From positions 1-40,695 of the forward strand of contig CBDTTY010000002.1 in NCBI GenBank assembly GCA_965363875.1: DNA of 40,695 nt, written 5' to 3'. A model generated the notes under the pieces. That model was not told the DNA's origin. It did no database searches and was given only the letters and a program-made list of their open reading frames with translations. The DNA comes from an uncultured Anaerolineales bacterium (GTDB lineage: Bacteria; Chloroflexota; Anaerolineae; Anaerolineales; E44-bin32). Both the position numbers and the translations under genes were made by a program. Position 1 is the first letter of the stretch. Each line of letters starts with the position of its first letter. This document shows, in pieces, positions 9,531 to 17,929 of the stretch.

Positions 9531-10268
9531 TCAGGCATTTGCACGATTAACCAGGTCGCGCTTGTAATCGACAAATCGGTAACCTACTCCCCGTTCGGTG
9601 ATGATGTATTTGGGGTTCGATGGATCATCCTCGAGTTTCTGGCGTAAATAATTTATATAAAGCCGCAGGTAATGTGTTTCGTCACGGTATTCATATCCCC
9701 AGACTTTGGCAAGCAGCTGCTCATGGGGGACAACCCATCCTGCATTCTGTACAAGGTGGTATAGAAGGCGGAATTCGGTCGGACGGAGCTTAACGAGTTC
9801 ATCGTTTACCCATATCTCACGTCGGTCGAAGTCGATCTTTAGTCGGCTATCTACCTGGATAACATCGTGAACAGGTTGTCCGGCCATTTCGGTGCGCCGC
9901 AATACGGCTCGCACACGACTCACCAGCTCACGCGGGCTAAAAGGCTTGGTTATGTAGTCATCGGCGCCAAGCTCCAAACCTCGTACCCGATCTTCCTCCT
10001 CCCCCTTAGCGGTGAGCATAATTACAGGCACTGTGGATATGTCCCGAATAAGACGCAGCGTTTCGAAGCCGTCAAGATCTGGCATCATCACATCTAGTAG
10101 GACTAGATCTGGCAATCGATCTCGCATCTGGTCTAGCGCCTGAGTCCCAGAAGTGGCTTCATGGACTTCGAAGCCATCATGCTCAAGATTCAAGCGGATG
10201 AAGTGAATCATGCGCGGTTCATCGTCGACAACAAGAATCTTGCGCCGGCGAGGTGAGGATTCTGTCAT
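9531..10268 (-). CDS. OmpR-family response regulator (receiver + winged-helix)
   Basis: Receiver motifs [28 protein letters not shown] and YITKPF. The winged helix reads [17 protein letters not shown]...[10 protein letters not shown]. The ATG lies 1 nt after the upstream stop (TAAAATG). Confidence 0.92.
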   Translation of the reverse strand: MTESSPRRRKILVVDDEPRMIHFIRLNLEHDGFEVHEATSGTQALDQMRDRLPDLVLLDVMMPDLDGFETLRLIRDISTVPVIMLTAKGEEEDRVRGLELGADDYITKPFSPRELVSRVRAVLRRTEMAGQPVHDVIQVDSRLKIDFDRREIWVNDELVKLRPTEFRLLYHLVQNAGWVVPHEQLLAKVWGYEYRDETHYLRLYINYLRQKLEDDPSNPKYIITERGVGYRFVDYKRDLVNRANA

Positions 10269-10269
10269 T

Positions 10270-10512
10270 TTATTCCCGGACGAAACCGATGAGGTCTTCG
10301 TCTTCTTTGGTGGGGAGGATCTCTATGAAAAAGACTCGATGCATTGGCCAGACGACACTTGTAACCGTCTCGTGCAAGAAAGACAAATCTTTGTCATCCT
10401 TACGCCGGGGATTATTTACTGTAATCGACGTATCTTGCGGTCCTGGTACATCTTCGATCTCACCAAGAACCGCTTCCTCACCTGATATATGGAGCAGAAT
10501 TGTATAAGACAT
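10270..10512 (-). CDS. 80-aa hypothetical protein embedded in the kinase/FHA operon
   Basis: ATG lies 3 nt after the FHA stop and the TAA lies 1 nt before the regulator ATG. I recognise no motif. Confidence 0.6.
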   Translation of the reverse strand: MSYTILLHISGEEAVLGEIEDVPGPQDTSITVNNPRRKDDKDLSFLHETVTSVVWPMHRVFFIEILPTKEDEDLIGFVRE

Positions 10513-10515
10513 AGG

Positions 10516-11040
10516 CTACCCTGACCCTTTTATCTGCTGCGAGATAATCTGCAGCCTTAAGCGACCCACCTGGATGATATCACCATGATTAACAAGTGAA
10601 GCCTCATGGCCTTTGAGGCGCTTACCGTTTACGATTGTCCCATTCGCACTATCTAGATCGATCACGAATACTCCATCTTTCTCAATCCTCAGTTCGGCGT
10701 GCATTCTGGAAAGGCCTTGATCAAAGGCGTCGTATTTTGCCAGGTCGACATCTGGAATAACCGCCTGGCCTTCAATCGATCGCCCTAGTGTGAAATTGTC
10801 CCGCCCGAGCAGTGAGATGATGTCGCCTGAGGAAACAACGCGGATTCCCAACAGCGATCCGGTTGACAGGTCGGGACCTGGAGGAGGGGATGGTTTGGTC
10901 GCCTTTGCTTCCTGGTTGATTTTGTCGGGCGATATTGACATCGTTGGGATTGGGGAAGCGTGGACCAGTCGAGTGCCGCACTCGCTGCAGAACAAGGTGC
11001 CGACGAATTCATGGTGATTACATGATGGGCATTCGATCAT
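10516..11040 (-). CDS. zinc-ribbon + FHA domain protein
   Basis: N-terminal CPSCNHH...CSECG, a Pro-rich linker, then the FHA core FTLGRS...LSRMHAELRIEKDGVFVIDLDSANGTIVNGKRL. The ATG overlaps the upstream stop (ATGA). Confidence 0.9.
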   Translation of the reverse strand: MIECPSCNHHEFVGTLFCSECGTRLVHASPIPTMSISPDKINQEAKATKPSPPPGPDLSTGSLLGIRVVSSGDIISLLGRDNFTLGRSIEGQAVIPDVDLAKYDAFDQGLSRMHAELRIEKDGVFVIDLDSANGTIVNGKRLKGHEASLVNHGDIIQVGRLRLQIISQQIKGSG

Positions 11041-12515
11041 GACTCACTCGTAGGTGGAAGTAATAGTAAAGCCCGGGTACCGTATTTTAATGTCTTTTCT
11101 CCTTCTGTCGAGAAGCGCTTGGAACGAGACAGTTGTACGGCTTCATGAAGCGCGGCTTTTGCGAGATCGCGTTCGCCCGCAGCGAGAAGTTGTGTAGCGA
11201 GGTTCTCCAATCTCCTTGCGGCTTGCGAGGATTGACCGAGTTCAACCTCATGGCGCGCTTTTTCCTGCATTTTGTATAAAGCGAGCATATTCAACGCGGA
11301 ACTAATCTCCTGCGGCGGTGGTTGAGGGTCGGCTTCGCTTGAGACCGGTAAACTGATATCTAAGGGGAGTGTCTTTACCTCTGAATCTGCACCAACCAGA
11401 TCCCCTCTGAGATTGAGGTGAGCAAGCGTGAGCTCGCTTGCGCCCGCAAGCGGATGGACAATAAGTTCGAGTAGAAGACGGACGGAACCATTCCTCGGGA
11501 GATGACCGAGTGTCATTGGAAAGCTGTCGCCGAGCGGCATTGGCTCCGGAAGGAGACGATAAGCCGAACGCAAATCAACTTGCTGACCCAACGCTCCATC
11601 GATTTGTAAAGTTTTGGCAATGATCTGAGTCAAGCTGTCGTAGATTGAATGCAGCAAATCTGTTATAGCCCGTGGTGTGTTTAAAAAGATGACATGCCCG
11701 CCTGTTCGACTTGCGATTTCGTCTAGCAAGCGATCGCTCCAATCAGAGCCGATGCCAACGCAGTTGATAGTGATACCTGCCGCGGCGGCTTGATCTGCAA
11801 GCTCTAGACAGAGCTCTTCATCCCCATAAGTTCTCCCGTCCGTGAGCAGGACAAGATGGTTGACACCTTCTTTTGAGAACGTTTGGTGGATCTCATCTAA
11901 GCCAGTAGTCAAGCCCTGGGCGATCTCTGTGCCGCCACCAGCCTGCAGGAGGCTTAATCGAGCTCGGGCAGTGGCTAAGACTTTGGCTTGATCTGGCGAA
12001 ACAATAACATCAGCGCGATCGCTGAAAGCGGTGATGGACGTGTTGTCCTCTGGGTGTAAATCTTGAAGGATTGCCAATACTGCAGCTCGTACCTGGTCCA
12101 TCCGCTTACCATCCATCGAAGTTGAACGGTCGATCACGATGCTGAGGTTAATGGGTGGCCGGATCTCCGGCAAATCTTCAGAGGGGAAGATATCAAGAAG
12201 GATATAGTGAACTTGTGGTTCGTCGAGGTCGAGTAAGTTGTTCCGACTATTGAGTATGTTTAAGTGGAATGGTGAGGCCGCTGCGAAGGCAACATCCGCA
12301 GCCGCCAATTCCTCATCATACGCTGCCCGAAGATCGGGGTCTATGAGGATTTCATATGCCTTGCTTACACTTAGGAAGAGCTCCGTCTCGCCAACGCGGA
12401 TGTTTTTATCTGGGTGGAGTTGGAGGGCGGCTTCGCGGAAGGCGCGTCGGATTTGTTCCGCTGTCGCGTTTCTTGGCACTTTGAGGAGGGTATAGTAATC
12501 CTTCTCCACTGACAC
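11037..12515 (-). CDS. J-domain (DnaJ) + von Willebrand factor A domain fusion protein
   Basis: J domain DYYTLLKVPRNATAEQIRRAFREAALQLHPDKN (HPD present). vWA with MIDAS-like LSIVIDRSTSMDG and LVLLTDGRTYGDE. Helical C-terminus. GTG start with AAGGA overlapping the PP2C stop. Confidence 0.85.
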   Translation of the reverse strand: MSVEKDYYTLLKVPRNATAEQIRRAFREAALQLHPDKNIRVGETELFLSVSKAYEILIDPDLRAAYDEELAAADVAFAAASPFHLNILNSRNNLLDLDEPQVHYILLDIFPSEDLPEIRPPINLSIVIDRSTSMDGKRMDQVRAAVLAILQDLHPEDNTSITAFSDRADVIVSPDQAKVLATARARLSLLQAGGGTEIAQGLTTGLDEIHQTFSKEGVNHLVLLTDGRTYGDEELCLELADQAAAAGITINCVGIGSDWSDRLLDEIASRTGGHVIFLNTPRAITDLLHSIYDSLTQIIAKTLQIDGALGQQVDLRSAYRLLPEPMPLGDSFPMTLGHLPRNGSVRLLLELIVHPLAGASELTLAHLNLRGDLVGADSEVKTLPLDISLPVSSEADPQPPPQEISSALNMLALYKMQEKARHEVELGQSSQAARRLENLATQLLAAGERDLAKAALHEAVQLSRSKRFSTEGEKTLKYGTRALLLLPPTSES

Positions 12516-12523
12516 CTAATTCC

Positions 12524-13417
12524 TTAATCAGAAGGAAAACGAACGATAACAACAGAGATGTTATCAGGACCACCGGCGAGGTTCGCGGCTTGGACAAGTT
12601 GCTCGCAGGCGATTTGTGGGTGAGGTGCATCGTTCACGACATGCTTAATCTGGGGATCGGGTACCACACCCCAAAGGCCATCCGAGCAGATAAGCAGATG
12701 TCCCCCCTTCGGTGCGGTGGTTGTGAAAACATCAATTTCAAGATTAGCGCCCTGACCGATGGCACGATATAGAACATTGCGTTGGGGATGCGATTCGGCT
12801 TCCTCAGCAGTGAGTTGACCTAGTTCCTTGAGCCGTTCGACCAATGAATGATCTCTGGTCAGGATCTCGATTTGGCCATTATTGATGGAGTAGGCGCGGC
12901 TATCACCGACATGACCGATTGTCATTTGTGATCCAAGCAGCAACGCTGCGGTCATTGTCGTTCCACCGCCGGGAACTTGCTCCACAACCGCGGAGTTCGC
13001 TTCATCCAAAGCATCATGAAGGAGTTCTTGCAGCGGGAGCATTTCATTAGGGCTATCCAAATCGAGAATATGAAGGATGGTCTCTTCCATTAATTTCCGA
13101 GCAACGGAACGGATGGAGATGTTGCTGGCGACCTCTCCTGATCGATGGCCGCCCATCCCGTCAGCGACCATGAAAAGGCCAAATTCAGGAAGCGGCTCAG
13201 CTCCTGCAGAATCCCCTTTGATAACCAGCTGTGCATCCTCATTATGACTTCGCTCGAGACCAGTTGACTGGCTTGCACCGACGATGATCCGATCGTTGGG
13301 GGCGGAATGATAGGCGCGGTTTATCACAGACTCTCCACCCATCAGCAGGGAGCCAGTTTTGGTCTGAGAGGGAGATGATCCAAAAATGCGGGAAAAGAAA
13401 GTTTTCAAAGAGGTCAT
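12524..13417 (-). CDS. PP2C-family Ser/Thr phosphatase
   Basis: Motifs FMVADGMGGHRSGEVAS, GTTMTAALL, VGDSRAY, LICSDGLW and NLAGGPDNISVVIV. Confidence 0.9.
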   Translation of the reverse strand: MTSLKTFFSRIFGSSPSQTKTGSLLMGGESVINRAYHSAPNDRIIVGASQSTGLERSHNEDAQLVIKGDSAGAEPLPEFGLFMVADGMGGHRSGEVASNISIRSVARKLMEETILHILDLDSPNEMLPLQELLHDALDEANSAVVEQVPGGGTTMTAALLLGSQMTIGHVGDSRAYSINNGQIEILTRDHSLVERLKELGQLTAEEAESHPQRNVLYRAIGQGANLEIDVFTTTAPKGGHLLICSDGLWGVVPDPQIKHVVNDAPHPQIACEQLVQAANLAGGPDNISVVIVRFPSD

Positions 13418-13452
13418 TTATTGTTGTCTCATTAATGTTTCTAGTAGATTAC

Positions 13453-15336
13453 CTACGCGATTAGAGCGTACACCTTGTGATCCGTTGAACCGATGTAAAG
13501 GACGTTATTAGAGATAAAGGGTGTGCCTGTGATTGGGGCGTCTGAATGAAACCGCCAGCGTAGCCGGCCTGTCTTGTGGTCAAGGCAGTATAAGGAGCCG
13601 TCGACGGATCCGCAATAGATTGATCCATCATGTGCAACCGGCGAGCCGGTAACCTGGTGATCTGTTTCGTAGCGCCAAATCTCACGTGCGTGCTTGGCAT
13701 CGACGCAATATATATTATTGTCCCCGCAGCCTATGAAAAGTAAGCCATCAGCGAAGGATGGGGACGAGATCGTTGCGCCCCGCATCCGAAAACGCCAAAT
13801 CTGCCACCCGTTTTCCGAATCAATTGCATACATGGTCCAATCCCGAGATCCATAGTAGACAATGTCATCAACGATGATCGCAGAGGAGGTGATGCCTCTC
13901 TTCGCTTTCTTCCTCCACTTCAATTCCCCTTTAAAGTTATAGCAGTAAAAATCGCCGCTCTCACAGCCGAAATAAACGAGTTCATTCTGTACAAATGGAG
14001 TGGACCAGATCGCATCGTTCGCTTCAACGCGCCATGCACGGCGGCCATTCATCTGGTTTACTACATGAAGCCGTCTGTCATCGGAACCGATAAATATATG
14101 CCCTTCGGAAAGGGTGGGAGAGGAGCGGATTGGACCTTCAGCGTAATACGTCCAGACCAGGCTGCCTCGATTTGCGGTTAGTGCATAGAGACGGCCATCC
14201 TCGGAGCCAATGAAGATGACTCCATCCTCGGCTGCGGGCTTTCCCGTTATGCCGCCCTCCGTTGCATATTTCCATTGGAATTCGCCCGTTTGTTTATCTA
14301 AAGCATACAGGTTATTGTCATAACAGCCCACATAGACGGTATCCTCGAATACCAACGGGGAGCCGCGAATCTCATCCTCGCATTTAAACGACCAGATCTC
14401 CTCGATCTTATCGCTCTGTGCGATCACTGCAGCGACACTGGGTGCGCTCAGCAATCCTGTACGCTTTGCGGCTGAGATCATGGCCTCTTTCATGATCATG
14501 GCGGAAGGGTAGCGATCCTTGGGATCATACGCGAGGGCGGTAGAGATCACGGTCTCTATTTCGGGCGAAATAAGGGGATTGATCGATCGAGCCGGTCTCT
14601 CGGCGAAAGAAAATGGTGCTTCAACGCGCGGATCTCTTTTTGTGAGGAGATGGTGCAGTGTTGCTCCGAGGGCGTAGACGTCACCAGCTGGAGAAGCCTC
14701 GCCGCGGTACTGCTCAGGTGGCGAGTACCCCTCGGTGCCGATCATCGTCCCTTTTTCGCCGGGTTGAAAGTTGCGGGCGATACCAAAATCGATCAATCTC
14801 ACATGGTTGTGGTGATCGATCATTACATTCGAAGGTTTGATATCTCGGAAGATGATCGGCTCGGGCTGGATGTTGTGTAAATAGGAGAGAACATCGCAGA
14901 GTTCAATCGCCCAACCGATGACTTTCTCTTCCGGCAGGAAGTCGGTGGATTCAGCGAGAATCGCTTCAAGATCATCACCGTCGATAAATTCCATAACTAG
15001 GTAGGATCGTTTCTTATGTGAGAAATTGTCGTAGATTGCGGGAGTTGCCGGGTGGGAGAGGGTTGCGAGAAGATCTGCCTCACGCTCAAAATTTTTCACG
15101 ATCATTTCATGCATCGAGTGATCGGCGATGAGATTCACCATCTCTTTAATGGCGACAAGCTTGGTAACGTTAGGGAAATGAAGGTCGCGCCCTTTGTACA
15201 CAGAACTCATCCCGCCGGCGCCCAGCATGCCCAGGATAAGATATCGATCTTCAAGTGTGGTGCCCGGCGGTAAACGGTCTAGGCTTTCACTCTCGCCTTG
15301 GCCGCTATCATCGAGCTGGCGTGTTGTTCTTGGCAT
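13453..15336 (-). CDS. Hanks-type Ser/Thr kinase fused to an eight-repeat PQQ-like beta-propeller
   Basis: Kinase motifs GAGGMSSVYKG, VAIKEM, FRDIKPSNVM, DFG and SPPEQ. Eight repeats of the type xVYxGsxDxxLYAlDxxtGxxxWr follow. I see no hydrophobic segment long enough for a TM between the domains. Confidence 0.9.
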   Translation of the reverse strand: MPRTTRQLDDSGQGESESLDRLPPGTTLEDRYLILGMLGAGGMSSVYKGRDLHFPNVTKLVAIKEMVNLIADHSMHEMIVKNFEREADLLATLSHPATPAIYDNFSHKKRSYLVMEFIDGDDLEAILAESTDFLPEEKVIGWAIELCDVLSYLHNIQPEPIIFRDIKPSNVMIDHHNHVRLIDFGIARNFQPGEKGTMIGTEGYSPPEQYRGEASPAGDVYALGATLHHLLTKRDPRVEAPFSFAERPARSINPLISPEIETVISTALAYDPKDRYPSAMIMKEAMISAAKRTGLLSAPSVAAVIAQSDKIEEIWSFKCEDEIRGSPLVFEDTVYVGCYDNNLYALDKQTGEFQWKYATEGGITGKPAAEDGVIFIGSEDGRLYALTANRGSLVWTYYAEGPIRSSPTLSEGHIFIGSDDRRLHVVNQMNGRRAWRVEANDAIWSTPFVQNELVYFGCESGDFYCYNFKGELKWRKKAKRGITSSAIIVDDIVYYGSRDWTMYAIDSENGWQIWRFRMRGATISSPSFADGLLFIGCGDNNIYCVDAKHAREIWRYETDHQVTGSPVAHDGSIYCGSVDGSLYCLDHKTGRLRWRFHSDAPITGTPFISNNVLYIGSTDHKVYALIA

Positions 15337-15352
15337 AATTTATATGTTTCGG

Positions 15353-15380
15353 ATTATAGCATGAGAGACATGCGCCGCAA
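15353..15380 (-). promoter_or_regulatory. putative promoter TTGCGG-N16-TATAAT of the kinase operon
   Basis: On the minus strand TTGCGG (15380-15375), a 16-nt spacer and TATAAT (15358-15353). The ATG at 15336 is 16 nt downstream with no SD. Confidence 0.4.
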
Positions 15381-15446
15381 TTGAAAACAATGCAAAATCT
15401 GTGTAATTGTAAGTACCACGTAAGGTTTTACCTGACTCTACGGGAT

Positions 15447-16478
15447 TTAATACTCTCGACTCAGAAGCTTCTGTGTAAGGTTTACCAGCTCTGACGCAGC
15501 CGGTTCGGCCGGCTCACTTAAGGTGAGCGCTTCCAGAGCTGAGTCTGTCCAGCGCCGGGTCGCTTCCTCCGCGTACTCTCGCGCTCCGCATCGATTGAGA
15601 GAAGTTACCATCCTCGCTACCCGATCATCGTCGATCTCATCAGAATCCCATAATTCCTGGAAATCGTCCGAGTGGTTGATGGCGAAGATGACCGGTAAAG
15701 TCTTCTTGCGGACGCGCAAGTCGTCGCCGCTGGGTTTTCCAGTGACCTCTGGTGCACCCCAAATACCCAGTAAATCATCAAAGATTTGAAAGGACATTCC
15801 CAAATCATGGCCGAACTGCTGAAAAAGTGCGACCTTTGAGGGTCCGCTTTGGGCGGTGAGAGCGCCAATTGCGCAACTTGCAGCAATCAGTGCTGCCGTT
15901 TTCCCTTCGATCATCTCTACATATTCATCCTCGGTTACTCCGTCAGTCTCTTCGAATTTCAGATCGAGATGCTGGCCGATAGTTAAATCCAGGCATGCCT
16001 TATCGAGTTGTTTCTGGATCGAGAGGACGGTCGCTGAGTCGTGTCCTTGCTCATGCAATTCGTGCGTTAGAAGATGGGCTAATGCGAATAACGCGTCTCC
16101 GGTGTTCGTCGCTTGAGCGATCCCCCAACGTTTCCACACCGTCTCACGGCCTCTGCGTGTTTCACTTCTATCTTCGATATCGTCATGGATGAGCGAGAAA
16201 TTATGTATCCACTCGATCGCACCGGCAGCTGGGAGGGCGGATTGCCATGAGCCACCAGCGGTATCGCAGCAAAGGAGCGTGAGTAAAGGACGGAGACGTT
16301 TTCCCCGGCTTGCTTCCGGTTTAATCCAACCAAGATGGTGGCATACCATTTGAACAAGGAGAGCCGTACTTTTAGATTCCAGGTGTGCGAGCGAGGTCTT
16401 CAGTTGTGCTTCGATCTTGGTTTGCATTGCCTCGATGTACACGCCCGGCTCGGTATTCACGTTCTCGATTCCTTCCAC
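15447..16478 (-). CDS. polyprenyl (geranylgeranyl-type) diphosphate synthase
   Basis: First Asp-rich motif [15 protein letters not shown] and second motif [12 protein letters not shown]. The start is uncertain: the GTG at 16478 overlaps the upstream gene by 22 nt, and the alternative is the ATG at 16427. Confidence 0.85.
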   Translation of the reverse strand: MEGIENVNTEPGVYIEAMQTKIEAQLKTSLAHLESKSTALLVQMVCHHLGWIKPEASRGKRLRPLLTLLCCDTAGGSWQSALPAAGAIEWIHNFSLIHDDIEDRSETRRGRETVWKRWGIAQATNTGDALFALAHLLTHELHEQGHDSATVLSIQKQLDKACLDLTIGQHLDLKFEETDGVTEDEYVEMIEGKTAALIAASCAIGALTAQSGPSKVALFQQFGHDLGMSFQIFDDLLGIWGAPEVTGKPSGDDLRVRKKTLPVIFAINHSDDFQELWDSDEIDDDRVARMVTSLNRCGAREYAEEATRRWTDSALEALTLSEPAEPAASELVNLTQKLLSREY

Positions 16479-17509
16479 AGCTTGGTGGAACGCAGGGCCT
16501 GAATCTCATGTGCTCCGGTTGCGAACATACTTAAGCGAATCTGCGCTACGACTTGATCGATATGTGCAATTACTGCCTCGGTAGACTTGGTCGCTGCCTT
16601 AAGCAGCGGCCCGGCCATGCCGCCAAGGTCGGCGCCAAGGGCAAGACACTTTGCGATATCAACCCCGCTTCTAAGTCCCCCTGAAGCGATTAATGGAATA
16701 GCTGGAAGTGCTCCGCGAACATCAAGGATCGCATCCGCAGTAGGAATTCCCCAGTCGATAAAAGCGGCGGCGACTGCAGCCCTCTCGGGTGACTTTGCAC
16801 GATGCATCTCTACTTGAGACCACGAAGTTCCGCCAGCTCCGGCAACATCGATCGCGGTGACGCCTGCCTCCACCAATCGCAATGCAACCTCTTTTGAAAG
16901 TCCCCATCCAACCTCTTTAGCGATGACGGGCACCGGTAATTTTTGACATATTTCGCTGATCTTTTCTAGAAGCCCAGCGTAACGAGTGTCTCCCTCTGGT
17001 TGCAGGGCTTCCTGCAGCGGGTTTAGGTGCAAAATCAGGGCATCTGCCTCTAGCATCTCGACCGCTCGCTCACATTCAGAAATGCCGTACCCGTAATTCA
17101 ATTGAACTGCACCGAGATTCGCGAAGAGGAGGATGTCGGGGGCATATTGTCGTAGATTCATCCCTGCTGTGAGTGCAGGTTCTTCGATCACGGCGCGTTG
17201 GGAGCCTGCTCCCATCGCTATCCCTTTATCCTGTGCAGCCTCGGCCAGGGAAATATTAATCTTATCAGCTTGTTTTGTCCCTCCAGTCATCGAGGAGATC
17301 AACAAGGGTGAGTCTAAATGCTTCGTCAAGAAAGTCGTTTGTAAATCGATCTCTGAAAGATCAATCTCAGGGAGTGCGTTGTGGATAAAATGGTAACACT
17401 CAAGACCCGTTCTCAAACTGGATTGAACATCCTCATTAAGGTTAATGAGGATGTGATCTGATTTTCTGCTGGAGGTGGGCGTAACTTTACTCATAGACAG
17501 GTGTTCCAT
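16457..17509 (-). CDS. fni: type-2 (FMN-dependent) isopentenyl-diphosphate delta-isomerase
   Basis: 350 aa with motifs [31 protein letters not shown] and [22 protein letters not shown]. Confidence 0.9.
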   Translation of the reverse strand: MEHLSMSKVTPTSSRKSDHILINLNEDVQSSLRTGLECYHFIHNALPEIDLSEIDLQTTFLTKHLDSPLLISSMTGGTKQADKINISLAEAAQDKGIAMGAGSQRAVIEEPALTAGMNLRQYAPDILLFANLGAVQLNYGYGISECERAVEMLEADALILHLNPLQEALQPEGDTRYAGLLEKISEICQKLPVPVIAKEVGWGLSKEVALRLVEAGVTAIDVAGAGGTSWSQVEMHRAKSPERAAVAAAFIDWGIPTADAILDVRGALPAIPLIASGGLRSGVDIAKCLALGADLGGMAGPLLKAATKSTEAVIAHIDQVVAQIRLSMFATGAHEIQALRSTKLWKESRT

Positions 17510-17554
17510 GCAGTGAGAATGCCATCATAGCAAGTGTAAGAGGCACATGTCAAC

Positions 17555-17584
17555 TTGCAACACCATCGGTGCCTCGATTACAAT
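17555..17584 (+). promoter_or_regulatory. putative promoter TTGCAA-N18-TACAAT for acpP
   Basis: TTGCAA at 17555-17560 and TACAAT at 17579-17584. An 8-nt direct repeat CAACTTGC occurs at 17551-17558 and 17585-17592. Confidence 0.35.
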
Positions 17585-17619
17585 GCAACTTGCCACAAAG
17601 ACACAAAAGGAGGCGAACT

Positions 17620-17856
17620 ATGGCGGAAACAATTGAGGATGTCAGGACTATCATCGTCGAGCTCTTAGGTGTGGATGCTGAAAAGGTCGTACCCGAGGCG
17701 AAATTCCGTGAGGATCTCGAAGCCGACTCTCTGGACTTGGTTGAGTTAATCATGGCCTTTGAGGAGAAATTCGGGGGCGAAATCTCCGATGAAGATGCAC
17801 AGAAGATAACCACCGTTGGGGAAGCAGTCACATATATCGACGAGAAGATGAAGTAA
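17620..17856 (+). CDS. acpP: acyl carrier protein
   Basis: [19 protein letters not shown]...[20 protein letters not shown], with the DSL phosphopantetheine site. AAAGGAGG lies 6 nt upstream of the ATG at 17620. The track ORF from 17569 is an upstream extension. Confidence 0.93.
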   Translation: MAETIEDVRTIIVELLGVDAEKVVPEAKFREDLEADSLDLVELIMAFEEKFGGEISDEDAQKITTVGEAVTYIDEKMK

Positions 17857-17883
17857 GTCCAGTTCATTTACTATTGCTGTGTG

Positions 17884-17908
17884 ATCGGGCCGGGAAAACC
17901 GGCCCGAT
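17884..17908. terminator. hairpin terminator between convergent acpP and the ChlI-like gene
   Basis: ATCGGGCCGG-GAAAA-CCGGCCCGAT forms a perfect 10-bp stem followed by TTGATT. Confidence 0.65.
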
Positions 17909-17929
17909 TTGATTCCCTGGATAATTGGG

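Noticed and set aside
16457-16478. 22-nt overlap between the IPP isomerase and the polyprenyl synthase as a possible programmed coupling or fusion.
   Set aside because: It is most likely a start-codon artefact. An in-frame ATG at 16427 gives a normal 29-nt gap, and nothing suggests frameshifting.
17569-17619. N-terminal extension of acpP in the ORF track ([17 protein letters not shown]).
   Set aside because: A strong AAAGGAGG sits inside this extension, 6 nt before the ATG at 17620, and ACPs begin close to that position.
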